DNA of 53,638 nt from Syntrophobacterales bacterium. GTDB lineage: Bacteria; Desulfobacterota; Syntrophobacteria; Syntrophobacterales; Thermodesulforhabdaceae. Location: contig JALXAE010000178.1 in the NCBI GenBank assembly GCA_026992355.1, positions 1-53,638 of the forward strand, written 5' to 3'. The notes beneath the pieces were generated by a model. That model searched no databases. It saw nothing but the letters and a program-made list of their open reading frames with translations, and was not told the origin of the DNA. How positions within the stretch are numbered: position 1 is the first letter of the stretch; every line of letters starts with the position of its first letter. Below, one piece after another: positions 38,253-48,433 of this stretch. The translations under genes and the position numbers were made by a program.

Positions 38253-38336
38253 AACTCTATTCAATAATGATCCGTCGATCTCACATACCAGTAAAATTAA
38301 ACATGCCTAATTCATCCAAAATATGCGTACAAAGTC

Positions 38337-39311
38337 TTACTTAATCAAACCTGCCTCTTTGTAGTATTTGAGAGCACCTGGATGAATCGGTGCGCTCAAT
38401 CCTTCGAGCATATTCTTTTTAGTCAAAACCTCAAATGCTGGATGCAACTTTTTGAAGGCATCGAGATTTTCAAATATTTCTTTTGTGATGGCATATACTA
38501 TATCATCAGGCATGTCTGCACGAGTCACAAAGGTAGCCTTTACACCAAAGGTGGGTACGTCCTCTTTGTTTAAGGCCTGAGGATAAAACTTAACGGGGAC
38601 GTAAGCTGGAGCATAGTAAGGGAACTTCTTGCAGAGTTTGTCAACATTGGGAATAGCGATGAACATAACCTTTCTGGTTCCAGCAGTTGCTTCCTTTATG
38701 GCACCAGAAGGATGTCCAACAGTGTAAAAGAAAGCATCAATTCGACCGTCCTGCAACATGCCTGGAGCCTCCGCTGCCTTAAGTCCTTCAGCTTTTATGT
38801 CTTTTTTCCAGTCTATACCATTAATGGTGAGGGCATCTATGGAATTCTGTCTCTGGCCAGAACCGGGATTACCGATGTTAACTTTCTTACCCTTTAAATC
38901 AGCAAACTTCTTAATTCCGGAATCAACGGCAGCAACAAGTGTAACGGCTTCCGGATGAAGAGCAAACACGGCTCTTAAATTCTTCTGAGGTTTTCCTTTC
39001 CATTCAGCCAGACCATTGTAGGCTTGATATTGCCTGTCAGATTGAGCTATTCCAAACTCTAGATCCCCTGACATTACGGCGTTAATGTTGAAAACCGAAC
39101 CAGCGGTTGACTCTACGGTAGCCCGAATATGGTAAACATCCTTTTTTTTGTTAATCATACGACTTATAGCTCCACCCGCCGGATAGTAAACCCCAGTAAC
39201 TCCTCCAGTCCCTATAGTAATAAATGTAGTCTTAGCCGCTGCAGGATAAGGACCAAACCCAAAAATCATTCCCAAAACCGCCAAAAATGCCAAAAACTTT
39301 ACCATTCTCAT
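38337..39311 (-). CDS. TAXI-family TRAP transporter solute-binding protein
   Basis: Signal peptide MRMVKFLAFLAVLGMIFGFGPYPAAA, then ITIGTGGVTGVYYPAGGAISRMIN (TAXI/TIGR02122-like). ATG 39311 has GGGAGG 9 nt upstream. Confidence 0.85.
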   Translation of the reverse strand: MRMVKFLAFLAVLGMIFGFGPYPAAAKTTFITIGTGGVTGVYYPAGGAISRMINKKKDVYHIRATVESTAGSVFNINAVMSGDLEFGIAQSDRQYQAYNGLAEWKGKPQKNLRAVFALHPEAVTLVAAVDSGIKKFADLKGKKVNIGNPGSGQRQNSIDALTINGIDWKKDIKAEGLKAAEAPGMLQDGRIDAFFYTVGHPSGAIKEATAGTRKVMFIAIPNVDKLCKKFPYYAPAYVPVKFYPQALNKEDVPTFGVKATFVTRADMPDDIVYAITKEIFENLDAFKKLHPAFEVLTKKNMLEGLSAPIHPGALKYYKEAGLIK

Positions 39312-39637
39312 AATACACAACCTCCCTTAATGTTTTCGGTTAATGTTAAACTAACAAACCGCCTATTCTCCGTAATGTTTACTCTCTAAAATTCCTCTAT
39401 GAACGCTTGATGCGGATACAGAAACAGTAAAAGATCACATTCTCCAGTAACAATAATTAGTTTCAAAAGTCAAACATAATGTTTCTTAAGAAGAAATATC
39501 CAGTGCTTCATCAACATTTTCAAAAAAATTTGTTGATTCCACGGACGTAAATAAAGATATATTGTTTCTGTGCAACTTCCGTTCGGCAAGGTTTGGCTTG
39601 TAAGTCGTCTTAAACAAATTCATTGTAGGAGGAAGGT

Positions 39638-41257
39638 ATGTTTAAAAAACTACTATGTTTTACATTTTGTTTTTGTCTGGTCATCGGCGGAATTGCTATG
39701 GGGGCAGCCGAAAAACCGAGATACGGTGGAACCCTGGTTTTCGGGCGGGGAGGCGACAGTGTCGGGCTGGATCCTGCTTTTGAAACCGACGGTAATTCCT
39801 TCATGGTTTGCGATAACATCTATGACCAGCTGGTAACCTATGCCGAAGAATCCACCGAAATTATTCCAGATTTAGCCACAAAATGGGAAATTTCACCGGA
39901 CGGCCTTACCTACACGTTCCACCTGAGAAAGGGTGTAAAATTCCATGACGGTACTGATTTTAATGCCGATGCTGTTGTGTTCTCCCTTGGCCGTCAGATG
40001 AAGGAAAAGCGCGTTAAGTTCTATCGCCACAAATGGGAATTTCCAAAGGATCAACCTCCACCAGAGTACTGGTTAAGCATGGAAATGGACAAAATTATTG
40101 ATTCTATAGAAGCCGTTGATGATTACACAGTCGTATTTCATCTAAGAAGACCGGAGGCACCCTTTCTTGCTGACCTGGGCATGGACTTCGCCTCAATCGT
40201 AAGCCCCACGGCGGTTTTGAAATACGGGCCAGATTTTAAAAGCCATCCTGTCGGGACAGGGCCCTTCAAATTCGTAAAGTGGGTAAAAGACGATAAAATA
40301 ATCTTAGAAGCCAACAAGGATTATTGGGATGGCAGGCCCTATCTCGATAGGGTAATTTTCCGGGTCATTCCTGACAATTCCGTACGTTTTCTTGAACTCA
40401 AAGCCGGAAACATTCATATTTGCCAGTTTCCCAATCCCGAAGATATAGAACTGGCAAAAAAGGATCCCAACCTTAAACTCGTATCTCAACCGGGTATGAA
40501 TATAGGCTACATAAGCTTCAACCATACTAAACCTCTATGGCAAGACAAACGCATTAGAAAGGCTATAATGTATGCCATCAATCGAAAAGCCATAGTGGAT
40601 AATATCTATTACGGCTTGGGAACAGTTGCAAAAAATACTATCCCACCAATTATGTGGGGATACAATGATTGTATTATCGACTATCCCTACGATCCAGAAA
40701 TGGCCAAAAAGCTTCTCAAAGAAGCAAAATTTTTCGAAAAGCTTAAAGAAGCAGGTCAAACAAAGATAACTCTTTGGAGCATGCCCGTTCCCAGACCCTA
40801 CAATCCTAACGGTATGAAGGTTGGTGAAGCTGTTCAGGCAGATCTTAAAAAAGTGGGGATTGATGTAGAGTTGGTAACTTTTGAGTGGGGCACGTATCTC
40901 AAGAAACAACGAGAACAAGATCCGTCTATGGACCTTTTTCAATTGGGTTGGACTGGAGACAACGGAGATCCTGACAACTTTCTCGCTATATTGCTCGATG
41001 GCTATGCAGATCCTAATGTAAGAACCCAATGGAAGAACATTGAATATCACGAGATTATTACCAGAGCAAAACAGATCTCCGATAAAGAAGAACGTGCAAA
41101 GCTTTATAAACGTGCTCAGGAAATCATTCATGAAGAGGTGCCGCTAATAAATGTTGCCCACTCTTTGGTTATATGGCCAATGCGTAAAAACGTGATGAAC
41201 TACAAACTTCATCCAACAGGAAGTGTATTTTTGGATAAGGTCTGGTTAGCTAAGTAA
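39638..41257 (+). CDS. ABC transporter substrate-binding protein, family 5 (peptide/nickel, DppA/OppA-like)
   Basis: Signal-like N-terminus, then PRYGGTLVFGRGGDSVGLDPA, and 539 aa typical of SBP_bac_5. Confidence 0.88.
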   Translation: MFKKLLCFTFCFCLVIGGIAMGAAEKPRYGGTLVFGRGGDSVGLDPAFETDGNSFMVCDNIYDQLVTYAEESTEIIPDLATKWEISPDGLTYTFHLRKGVKFHDGTDFNADAVVFSLGRQMKEKRVKFYRHKWEFPKDQPPPEYWLSMEMDKIIDSIEAVDDYTVVFHLRRPEAPFLADLGMDFASIVSPTAVLKYGPDFKSHPVGTGPFKFVKWVKDDKIILEANKDYWDGRPYLDRVIFRVIPDNSVRFLELKAGNIHICQFPNPEDIELAKKDPNLKLVSQPGMNIGYISFNHTKPLWQDKRIRKAIMYAINRKAIVDNIYYGLGTVAKNTIPPIMWGYNDCIIDYPYDPEMAKKLLKEAKFFEKLKEAGQTKITLWSMPVPRPYNPNGMKVGEAVQADLKKVGIDVELVTFEWGTYLKKQREQDPSMDLFQLGWTGDNGDPDNFLAILLDGYADPNVRTQWKNIEYHEIITRAKQISDKEERAKLYKRAQEIIHEEVPLINVAHSLVIWPMRKNVMNYKLHPTGSVFLDKVWLAK

Positions 41258-41272
41258 TGTCAATTACAATAG

Positions 41273-41308
41273 CACCGTGAAGATGGAACTCTTCACGGTG
41301 CTATTTTT
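41273..41308 (+). terminator. Intercistronic hairpin or partial terminator between the SBP and permease genes
   Basis: CACCGTGAAGA-tggaac-TCTTCACGGTG is a perfect 11-bp stem followed by CTATTTTT. Confidence 0.55.
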
Positions 41309-41337
41309 GTGGCCGTAGAAAGGGAGACTGAACAAAG

Positions 41338-42342
41338 GTGTTGAGATTCATCGCAAACAGGCTACTTTCTCTTGTTGTTACCGTATTTGGGATTTCAATT
41401 CTGGTATTTCTCATGATCCATCTTACTCCCGGCGACCCTGCAGAAATGATGCTGGGAGAACGGGCTTCAAAACAAGCTCTGGAAGAACTTCGAGAACGAC
41501 TCGGCCTGAACAAACCCCTTTACGTTCAATACGGCCTTTTTCTATCAAGGCTTCTCCGAGGTGATCTTGGTAGAGCCCTCAGAACAAACGAGAAAATTAC
41601 CACAGAAATAGCTGAAAGATTTCCAGCAACCGTTGAACTGTCGATTATGGCAATGATTTTTGCCGTAACGATAGGCATGACGGCAGGTATTGTATCTGCT
41701 ACTCGCCAATATTCCATTTTTGATTATACAAGCATGTTTTTTTCCCTTGTGGGCGTTTCCATGCCGATTTTCTGGCTGGGGCTTATTTTAATAATCATAT
41801 TTTCACTAAAACTCGGATGGCTACCCTTATCCGGCAGGATTAGCTATACCGTTCATCTGGAAACTATCACAAATTTTTATATCATTGATGCAATCTTAAC
41901 CAGGAATTGGCAGGCATTAAAAGATGTACTCTGGCATTTAATTCTTCCTTCCTTTACCCTGAGCACAATACCGATGGCAATAATTGCCAGAATAACGCGT
42001 TCCAGTATGCTGGAAGTACTCCGTCAAGACTATATTCGTACCGCTATGGCCAAAGGGCTTACACCCAGAATAATTCACTACAAACATGCTTTGCGTAACG
42101 CGTTGATTCCGATAATTACGGTGATTGGACTTCAATTTGGAATACTTTTGGGCGGTGCAATACTTACCGAAACCATTTTTGCATGGCCAGGTATAGGGCT
42201 TTGGTTGTTGAATGCTGTCTATGCAAGAGACTTCAACGCCGTTCAGGGTGGAACAATGCTCATTGCTACAACTTTCGTCACCATAAATATGATAGTAGAT
42301 ATTCTATACGCCTGGATTAACCCCAAAATCAGGGTAAGCTGA
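41338..42342 (+). CDS. Peptide ABC transporter permease (DppB/OppB-like)
   Basis: GTG start. MLRFIANRLLSLVVTVFGISILVFLMIHLTPGDP is the canonical DppB N-terminus, and the EAA-loop region YIRTAMAKGL is present. Confidence 0.9.
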   Translation: MLRFIANRLLSLVVTVFGISILVFLMIHLTPGDPAEMMLGERASKQALEELRERLGLNKPLYVQYGLFLSRLLRGDLGRALRTNEKITTEIAERFPATVELSIMAMIFAVTIGMTAGIVSATRQYSIFDYTSMFFSLVGVSMPIFWLGLILIIIFSLKLGWLPLSGRISYTVHLETITNFYIIDAILTRNWQALKDVLWHLILPSFTLSTIPMAIIARITRSSMLEVLRQDYIRTAMAKGLTPRIIHYKHALRNALIPIITVIGLQFGILLGGAILTETIFAWPGIGLWLLNAVYARDFNAVQGGTMLIATTFVTINMIVDILYAWINPKIRVS

Positions 42343-42369
42343 GTTCCAATGTGGAGTTGTGCAGGAAAT

Positions 42370-43260
42370 ATGAGAGAAAAGGAATACAAAACAGAAACAT
42401 CCATAAGTCCTTTTGTCGAATCTCTGTATAGGTTGAAAAAGAACAAGACCGCTCTGGCTGGTGCAATAATTGTTACACTTTTCGTTATTATGGGTGTATT
42501 TGCTCCAATCCTGGCACCCCACGATCCCATCGAACAATCTCTTTATTTAAAGCTCAAACCTCCTTTTTGGTATAAAAATGGTTCTATCAAATACATTCTG
42601 GGAACGGACGATTTCGGCAGGGACCTTCTCAGCCGAATAATCTACGGTGCCAGAATATCAATGGTGGTAGGGGTTGTTTCCGTTTCAATATCTCTTATTT
42701 TCGGCACCGTCTTTGGGGCCGTAGCTGGATTTTATAGGGGCAAAATAGACAATATTATAATGAGGCTCATGGACCTGTTGCTCGCCTTTCCGTCTATTTT
42801 GCTCGCAATAGTGATCGTGGCTTTTGTAGGTCCCAGTCTTAAAAACGCCATGATAGCAATAGGTATAGTAAGTATTCCACGGTATGCTCGTCTCGTTCGT
42901 GGTTCGGTGCTGGAAGAATACGCAAAGGACTATGTACAGTCTGCTAGAGCCTTGGGAGCTAATGACTTACGACTTATATTTGTACACATTTTGCCCAATT
43001 GTCTGGCCCCAATAATTGTCCAAACTACTTTAGGATTCGGCTCCGCTATACTCGAAGCCGCTGCTCTCAGCTTTTTGGGCCTCGGCGCTCAACCTCCAAC
43101 TCCGGAATGGGGAGCTATGCTTGCCAACGGAAGAGCATTAATACTTAGAGCATGGTGGGCAGTAACCTTCCCTGGCTTCATGATACTACTTGCCGTTCTA
43201 GGGTTTAATCTTCTTGGAGACGGTTTGCGAGATGCTTTGGATCCTCGGTTGAGGGAGTAA
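42370..43260 (+). CDS. Peptide ABC transporter permease (DppC/OppC-like)
   Basis: ILGTDDFGRDLLSRIIYGARIS and YVQSARALGA motifs. The start is tentatively ATG 42370 (MREKEYK); the track start is 42349. Confidence 0.88.
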   Translation: MREKEYKTETSISPFVESLYRLKKNKTALAGAIIVTLFVIMGVFAPILAPHDPIEQSLYLKLKPPFWYKNGSIKYILGTDDFGRDLLSRIIYGARISMVVGVVSVSISLIFGTVFGAVAGFYRGKIDNIIMRLMDLLLAFPSILLAIVIVAFVGPSLKNAMIAIGIVSIPRYARLVRGSVLEEYAKDYVQSARALGANDLRLIFVHILPNCLAPIIVQTTLGFGSAILEAAALSFLGLGAQPPTPEWGAMLANGRALILRAWWAVTFPGFMILLAVLGFNLLGDGLRDALDPRLRE

Positions 43261-43262
43261 GA

Positions 43263-44246
43263 ATGGAATCGAATGAACAAATAATATTGAAGGTAAACAA
43301 CCTTCACACATATTTCTTTACGGAAAGAGGTGTAGCGAAAGCGGTAAATGGTGTAAGTTTCTATGTTCGTGGGGGTGAGACACTCGCGATAGTCGGGGAA
43401 TCGGGATGCGGAAAAAGTGTCACCGCCCTTTCCATTATGAAACTTGTACCGAGTCCTCCAGGTAAAATTGTTGATGGCGAAATTATTTTTGACGATGTGG
43501 ACATAGTTAAGCTTTCCGAAAAAGAAATGAGACAAATTCGGGGAAATAGAATAGGCATGGTATTCCAAGAACCGATGACGGCCTTAAATCCAGTTTTCAA
43601 AATAGGCGACCAGATAGCTGAGGTTCTCTTACATCACCGGAAAGCATCAAAACAGGATGTTCAAAACAAAGTCATAGAGCTTTTACGAAAAGTTGGAATA
43701 CCGTCGCCGGAGAGCAGAATAAACGATTATCCGCACCAAATGAGTGGAGGTATGCGACAAAGGGTCATAATAGCAATGGCATTGGCCTGCAATCCCAAAT
43801 TGATATTAGCTGATGAGCCGACAACCGCTCTTGACGTTACCATTCAGGCTCAAATCCTTGAACTAATGAAAGAACTCCAAGAGAACACCGGCACAGCCTT
43901 TATCCTTATTACTCACGATCTGGGGGTAGTCGCCGAAATGGCCGAACGGGTAATTGTAATGTATGCGGGAAGAATCGTTGAAGCATCCGCTGTTAAAGAC
44001 TTGTTCCACAATCCCTTGCATCCTTATACGGTAGGGTTAATGGAATCTGTTCCAAGCTGGTCTGACACTTCGGGCAAAAAAAGGCTTAAAGCTATACCTG
44101 GCATAGTACCCAGTTTGCTGGCTCTTCCTAGCGGATGTGTATTCCACGATAGATGCTCAAAGGTGTTTGACCGTTGCAAGCTTGAGGAACCACCTTTGCT
44201 GGAACATGATAACAGTCGATTGGTAAGATGCTGGCTTTATAAGTAA
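43263..44246 (+). CDS. Peptide ABC transporter ATP-binding protein (DppD/OppD-like)
   Basis: Walker A GESGCGKS, signature MSGGMRQRV, Walker [13 protein letters not shown], and a C-terminal oligopeptide ABC extension (HPYT...C..RC). Confidence 0.92.
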   Translation: MESNEQIILKVNNLHTYFFTERGVAKAVNGVSFYVRGGETLAIVGESGCGKSVTALSIMKLVPSPPGKIVDGEIIFDDVDIVKLSEKEMRQIRGNRIGMVFQEPMTALNPVFKIGDQIAEVLLHHRKASKQDVQNKVIELLRKVGIPSPESRINDYPHQMSGGMRQRVIIAMALACNPKLILADEPTTALDVTIQAQILELMKELQENTGTAFILITHDLGVVAEMAERVIVMYAGRIVEASAVKDLFHNPLHPYTVGLMESVPSWSDTSGKKRLKAIPGIVPSLLALPSGCVFHDRCSKVFDRCKLEEPPLLEHDNSRLVRCWLYK

Positions 44247-44266
44247 CGGAGGAGTGGCCTATCAAA

Positions 44267-45277
44267 ATGAGCACGCAAAATGGGGCTCTTGTATCGGTAA
44301 AGGGTCTAAAAAAATACTATCCGGTGACCGGTGGCGTCTTTCGGAAACAAATTGGAACCGTAAAAGCAATAGATGGAATTGACTTAGAAGTCTTTAGGGG
44401 AGAAACCCTCGGACTTGTCGGAGAAAGCGGATGCGGTAAGTCTACATTCGGACGGGTAATTCTTAGGCTGGAAAATCCTACAGAAGGTTCTGTTTTTTTC
44501 AACGGAACTAACATATTTGAGATTCCGAAGAAAGAACTGAGGCAATTTAGACGCCGAATGCAGGTGATATTTCAGGATCCCTACTCCTCACTTAACCCGA
44601 GACAAACAGTTGGTCGTATTATTGGAGAGGGACTAGTCATTCACAATATCGGCACAAAAGCAGAAAGGGAAAACCGCGTCAGGGAAATAATGGAGATAGT
44701 TGGTCTTAGACCCGAACACATAAATCGCTACCCCCATGAATTTAGCGGGGGACAGAGACAACGAATATGCATTGCAAGAGCCTTAATTTTGAACCCCGAG
44801 TTTCTGATATGTGACGAGCCTGTCTCGGCACTGGATGTTTCCATCCAGGCCCAGGTAATAAATTTACTGCTGGATCTCCAAGAAAAATATGAACTCACAT
44901 ATCTTTTCATAAGCCACGACCTTTCGGTTGTAAAACACATGTGCGATAGAGTAGCTGTTATGTATCTTGGAAAACTTGTAGAAGTTGCTAACAAAAATGA
45001 ACTTTTCTCCAATCCTTTGCATCCCTATACCCAGATGCTCCTTGAAGCCGTCCCCAGGATGGAGCCATCGTCATCTATAAAACGCAGAAAATTAAAAGGA
45101 GATCTCCCAAGTCCTTTGAATCCCCCTTCGGGTTGCGCTTTTCATCCCCGTTGCCCTGATGTTTTACCTTTCTGCAGGGAAGAAATTCCTGAGTTAAAAG
45201 AAATTAGATCAGGACACTTTGTAAGATGCATTCTATATACAAATGAACATAAAAAATCCGAAGGACAGGTGCGCTAA
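44267..45277 (+). CDS. Peptide ABC transporter ATP-binding protein (DppF/OppF-like)
   Basis: Walker [10 protein letters not shown], signature FSGGQRQRI, Walker B FLICDEPVSALD, and a C-terminal HPYT...PSGCAFHPRC. Confidence 0.92.
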   Translation: MSTQNGALVSVKGLKKYYPVTGGVFRKQIGTVKAIDGIDLEVFRGETLGLVGESGCGKSTFGRVILRLENPTEGSVFFNGTNIFEIPKKELRQFRRRMQVIFQDPYSSLNPRQTVGRIIGEGLVIHNIGTKAERENRVREIMEIVGLRPEHINRYPHEFSGGQRQRICIARALILNPEFLICDEPVSALDVSIQAQVINLLLDLQEKYELTYLFISHDLSVVKHMCDRVAVMYLGKLVEVANKNELFSNPLHPYTQMLLEAVPRMEPSSSIKRRKLKGDLPSPLNPPSGCAFHPRCPDVLPFCREEIPELKEIRSGHFVRCILYTNEHKKSEGQVR

Positions 45278-45320
45278 TCAAAAAATTAGCATTACTTTCC
45301 GAATTTGAAACATCTCGGCA

Positions 45321-45347
45321 AAAAAGATTGGTAAAGATTTCCAATCT
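45321..45347 (-). terminator. Terminator of the 201-aa hypothetical gene
   Basis: On the minus strand: AGATTGG-(9 nt)-CCAATCT followed by TTTTT. Confidence 0.45.
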
Positions 45348-45360
45348 CGAACTGATCTAT

Positions 45361-45966
45361 TTATTGAAGAAACCTTTCATGATCGTAGTCAATGGGTACA
45401 ATACCGGCATCCTTAAGTTTTTTTGCATCTCTTTTGCTGTGAGTCTTTAGCCACCTTTCGTAAAGGCGAAGTATATCGGTCTGACGGTGAAAACCACCAG
45501 CTTCGCTTATTTGAGCAAACAGGTCTTTAAAATCCCAGAACCTCTCGCTTAACTCCTCAAAAATTTCTTCTATACCCCAGGAAATTAACCGATAAGCGAT
45601 CATTGTCACCAGGGTGCTGTATGCTAACTGCCCCATACGACCATAATAGTCAATGTCAACCAGCTTCCGTTTAAAACTATCACTGAAAAAACCAGTCAAA
45701 AACAAAGCAGTATCTCCGATAGTTCTTAACACTGATGCCCGCTCCACGGGCCCAAGTAATTGACTTTCCAGATACAGCTCAGCAAATGTTTTATCCCGAA
45801 ATACAGGATTTTGGGCTCTAACGGTTTTCATTTCTGTAAATCGAGCCAGCAGATCCGTTAGATAGAATTGAGTCACCTCAGAAATTTGAATGTCCAGCTC
45901 CTTTGCCGCTTCGTCCAGAGCATCCCGAAAATATTCTTTGACACTAGAAGCGAGTAACCTCTTCAT
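45361..45966 (-). CDS. Hypothetical protein (201 aa), no recognisable motif
   Basis: Clean ORF. ATG 45966 (MKRLLASS...) has GGAGG 7 nt upstream; the track start at 45984 is a TTG. Predicted helical and soluble. Confidence 0.55.
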   Translation of the reverse strand: MKRLLASSVKEYFRDALDEAAKELDIQISEVTQFYLTDLLARFTEMKTVRAQNPVFRDKTFAELYLESQLLGPVERASVLRTIGDTALFLTGFFSDSFKRKLVDIDYYGRMGQLAYSTLVTMIAYRLISWGIEEIFEELSERFWDFKDLFAQISEAGGFHRQTDILRLYERWLKTHSKRDAKKLKDAGIVPIDYDHERFLQ

Positions 45967-46160
45967 GATGCAACCTCCACTCAATTAGCACTTACCAATA
46001 TCGGTTGCTAACATATTGTTTTTCTTAGAATTATAGAAAATAATTTCCTTTCAGGCAATAGGTCTCACAGTTCAACCATGTTAAAGAAGTTAAAGGGCTG
46101 TGTTAAAATATTGTGTTTGGTAAAGTATCATTAACAATCCTTTCATAAGGAATAACTATT

Positions 46161-46889
46161 ATGGGAAATTCTATTTACGTCATAAAATTACATCGTCTAG
46201 CCCTGGTTTTTTTGCCTGTCCTGGTTGTCATTGTAATTTTTTTGAAGTGGAAAATACAGGTAAAAACAACCATTTATGCCCTCTGTAGAATGCTATCTCA
46301 GCTCCTTCTGGTTGGTTACTTTCTCGCGTATATATTTCAGTCAAACAAGGCAATGATTACCATTGGGGTCCTTAGCATAATGCTCGGCACATCCAGCTGG
46401 ATTGCTCTGAGAACCGTAAAACATGTCAGAAAGAGGCTTTATTTAATAGCCCTAGGGTCTATAGCACTGGGAGGAATTTCAACTCTTGCTGTTGTCATAA
46501 AAGGTGTTTTAAATGTTCAACCGTGGTTCAACCCTCGATTTTTAATTCCTCTGGGAGGAATGATTTTCTCTAACTCAATGAATGGGGTCAGTCTTGCTGC
46601 TGAAAGATTTTATTCTGAGCTTACAAGGAGTACGCCTTTAGAAGAAGCGAAAAAGATTGCCTTTCGAGCATCCCTTATTCCCATTACTAATTCGCTTTTC
46701 GCAGTGGGACTGGTATCACTTCCCGGCATGATGACAGGACAGGTGCTTTCGGGTGTATCTCCTCTCATAGCAGCAAGATACCAAATAATGGTTATGGCAA
46801 TGATTTTTGGGACAACGGGCATTTCGAGCGCTTGTTTTCTCGCCTTTGCCGAGTCTATATTTCTAGAGGAAAAACGTGAGGAGAATTAG
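46161..46889 (+). CDS. UPF0014 (YbbM/FetB-like) putative ABC-type permease
   Basis: Seven or so hydrophobic segments, and the LLLVGYFLAYIF and IPLGGMIFSNSMN patterns resemble FetB-family permeases (recognition by eye). Confidence 0.55.
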   Translation: MGNSIYVIKLHRLALVFLPVLVVIVIFLKWKIQVKTTIYALCRMLSQLLLVGYFLAYIFQSNKAMITIGVLSIMLGTSSWIALRTVKHVRKRLYLIALGSIALGGISTLAVVIKGVLNVQPWFNPRFLIPLGGMIFSNSMNGVSLAAERFYSELTRSTPLEEAKKIAFRASLIPITNSLFAVGLVSLPGMMTGQVLSGVSPLIAARYQIMVMAMIFGTTGISSACFLAFAESIFLEEKREEN

Positions 46890-47212
46890 CCCTCAGGCTT
46901 GACCTTTCGTATTCGAATAGGCCTTTTTTCAAGCGATCCCTTGAGTTTTCCAGCAAGTAAAGATTTGAGGCTGGATTTTGCAAGGTGAGCATCTTCTTTG
47001 GAATCGTAATAGGCTCTTAAACCTTCAATCTCGGGATAAACCTTGTCGACTCTTTCCCAGTAATTGGGAGCAAGTTTGGCTTCAAGAACATAAAGCTCCT
47101 GGGTTTTTTCAACTGCTAAAAGACAAAATCTATCCCCCAGAGATTTCTCAAGAGATTTGATAGCCTTAACCTCTTCTTCCGAAAGCTTTACTATCTTGAA
47201 AGAAGAAGTCAT
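46886..47212 (-). CDS. Hypothetical protein (108 aa)
   Basis: ORF with a GGAGGAGGG RBS region upstream. Co-directional with the recR/isochorismatase string. No recognisable motif. Confidence 0.5.
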   Translation of the reverse strand: MTSSFKIVKLSEEEVKAIKSLEKSLGDRFCLLAVEKTQELYVLEAKLAPNYWERVDKVYPEIEGLRAYYDSKEDAHLAKSSLKSLLAGKLKGSLEKRPIRIRKVKPEG

Positions 47213-47241
47213 AAAATCCAGTCCCTCCTCCCCCTAATTTT

Positions 47242-47802
47242 TCATCTTAACAGTTTCCAACATTCATCATTACCTAATACCTGAAGCAGGGGGTATAAAG
47301 GAGTTTTGCTATAAGCCGCAACAACTGCATCGTGTATCTCTTTGCTGTGGGCTGCACAGCAATCCTTCATTATAATTGCCTTGAAATCGTGACTTATTGC
47401 ATCAAGTGCCGTAGTAAGAACACACACATGAGAGGCTATCCCTGAAACGAAAAGAGTGTTAACTTTGAAAGTTCTTAGTGTCTGATCAAGATCGGTTTTG
47501 AAAAAAGCACTAAATCTTCGCTTGGGAAGTACAATGTCTTTTTCCAGCCTATCAAGCTCATCTATCGGTTCCGATCCTTCGGTATTCCTTAAACTGTGAG
47601 GTTTCATGCGCCCCGTGAAAATGAAATCCTGTGGCAAAAAGCTGTCGCAGGCGAAAATTACGGGAAATTCCTTTTCATGAAAAAAGCGGATAAATTCGTT
47701 GAGTTCAGGTATGAAACCTTTGCAGGCACTTACAATGTATGAATCCGGGTGATTTTTAAAAGTGTCTTTGAGCATGTCTACAATAACAAGACAGGGTTTC
47801 AT
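47242..47802 (-). CDS. Isochorismatase-family cysteine hydrolase
   Basis: LVIVDMLKDTF (catalytic Asp region) and LFVSGIASHVCVLTTALDA (catalytic Cys). ATG 47802 lies 1 nt after the recR stop. Confidence 0.8.
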   Translation of the reverse strand: MKPCLVIVDMLKDTFKNHPDSYIVSACKGFIPELNEFIRFFHEKEFPVIFACDSFLPQDFIFTGRMKPHSLRNTEGSEPIDELDRLEKDIVLPKRRFSAFFKTDLDQTLRTFKVNTLFVSGIASHVCVLTTALDAISHDFKAIIMKDCCAAHSKEIHDAVVAAYSKTPLYPLLQVLGNDECWKLLR

Positions 47803-47803
47803 T

Positions 47804-48412
47804 TCAGTCTCCCGAGATTCTCTTTCGCCCTTCAAGTGCAAATTTTATGGTCACTGGATCTGCGTACTTTATATCTCCTCCCATGGGGATTCCAAGCGCT
47901 ATTCTGGTTACCTGAATGGGTTTATCTTTCAGGAGCTCAAAAAGATAATGAGCAGTTGCCTCACCTTCAGGGGTAGGATTTGTTGCAATGACAACTTCTT
48001 TGACTTCTTCTTCATCTACTCGATCTAACAACTCTCTGATTCTTATGTCATTTGAAGTAACATTTTCCATGGGGTTTATTACTCCGCCGAGTACATGATA
48101 CTTTCCATTAAAAATACCAGCTGCTTCTATCGAAATTAGATCCGATGTGGTTTCAACAACACATACCAGAGAACTGTTTCTATTGGGGTCGGAGCAAATG
48201 CTACACAGATCTCCGTCAGCAAGATGAAAACACTTTTTACATGGCGATATTAATCGCTTCATTTGCAAAAGAGTATCGCAAAAATTTCTTACATCCTTTT
48301 CGTCCATGCGCAACAAATGGAAAGCTATCCTTGTCGCACTTTTTTCTCCAAGACCGGGCATGTTTTTTAAAAGATTTATAACCTCTCTGAGAGACCTAGG
48401 GTAAGCATTCAT
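47804..48412 (-). CDS. recR: Recombination protein RecR
   Basis: LPGLGEKSATRIAFHLL (HhH), the C4 zinc finger CKKCFHLADGDLCSIC, and the Toprim region VVETTSDLISIE...ATNPTPEGEATA. Confidence 0.95.
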   Translation of the reverse strand: MNAYPRSLREVINLLKNMPGLGEKSATRIAFHLLRMDEKDVRNFCDTLLQMKRLISPCKKCFHLADGDLCSICSDPNRNSSLVCVVETTSDLISIEAAGIFNGKYHVLGGVINPMENVTSNDIRIRELLDRVDEEEVKEVVIATNPTPEGEATAHYLFELLKDKPIQVTRIALGIPMGGDIKYADPVTIKFALEGRKRISGD

Positions 48413-48433
48413 GATAATCTCACCAGCTCTCTT

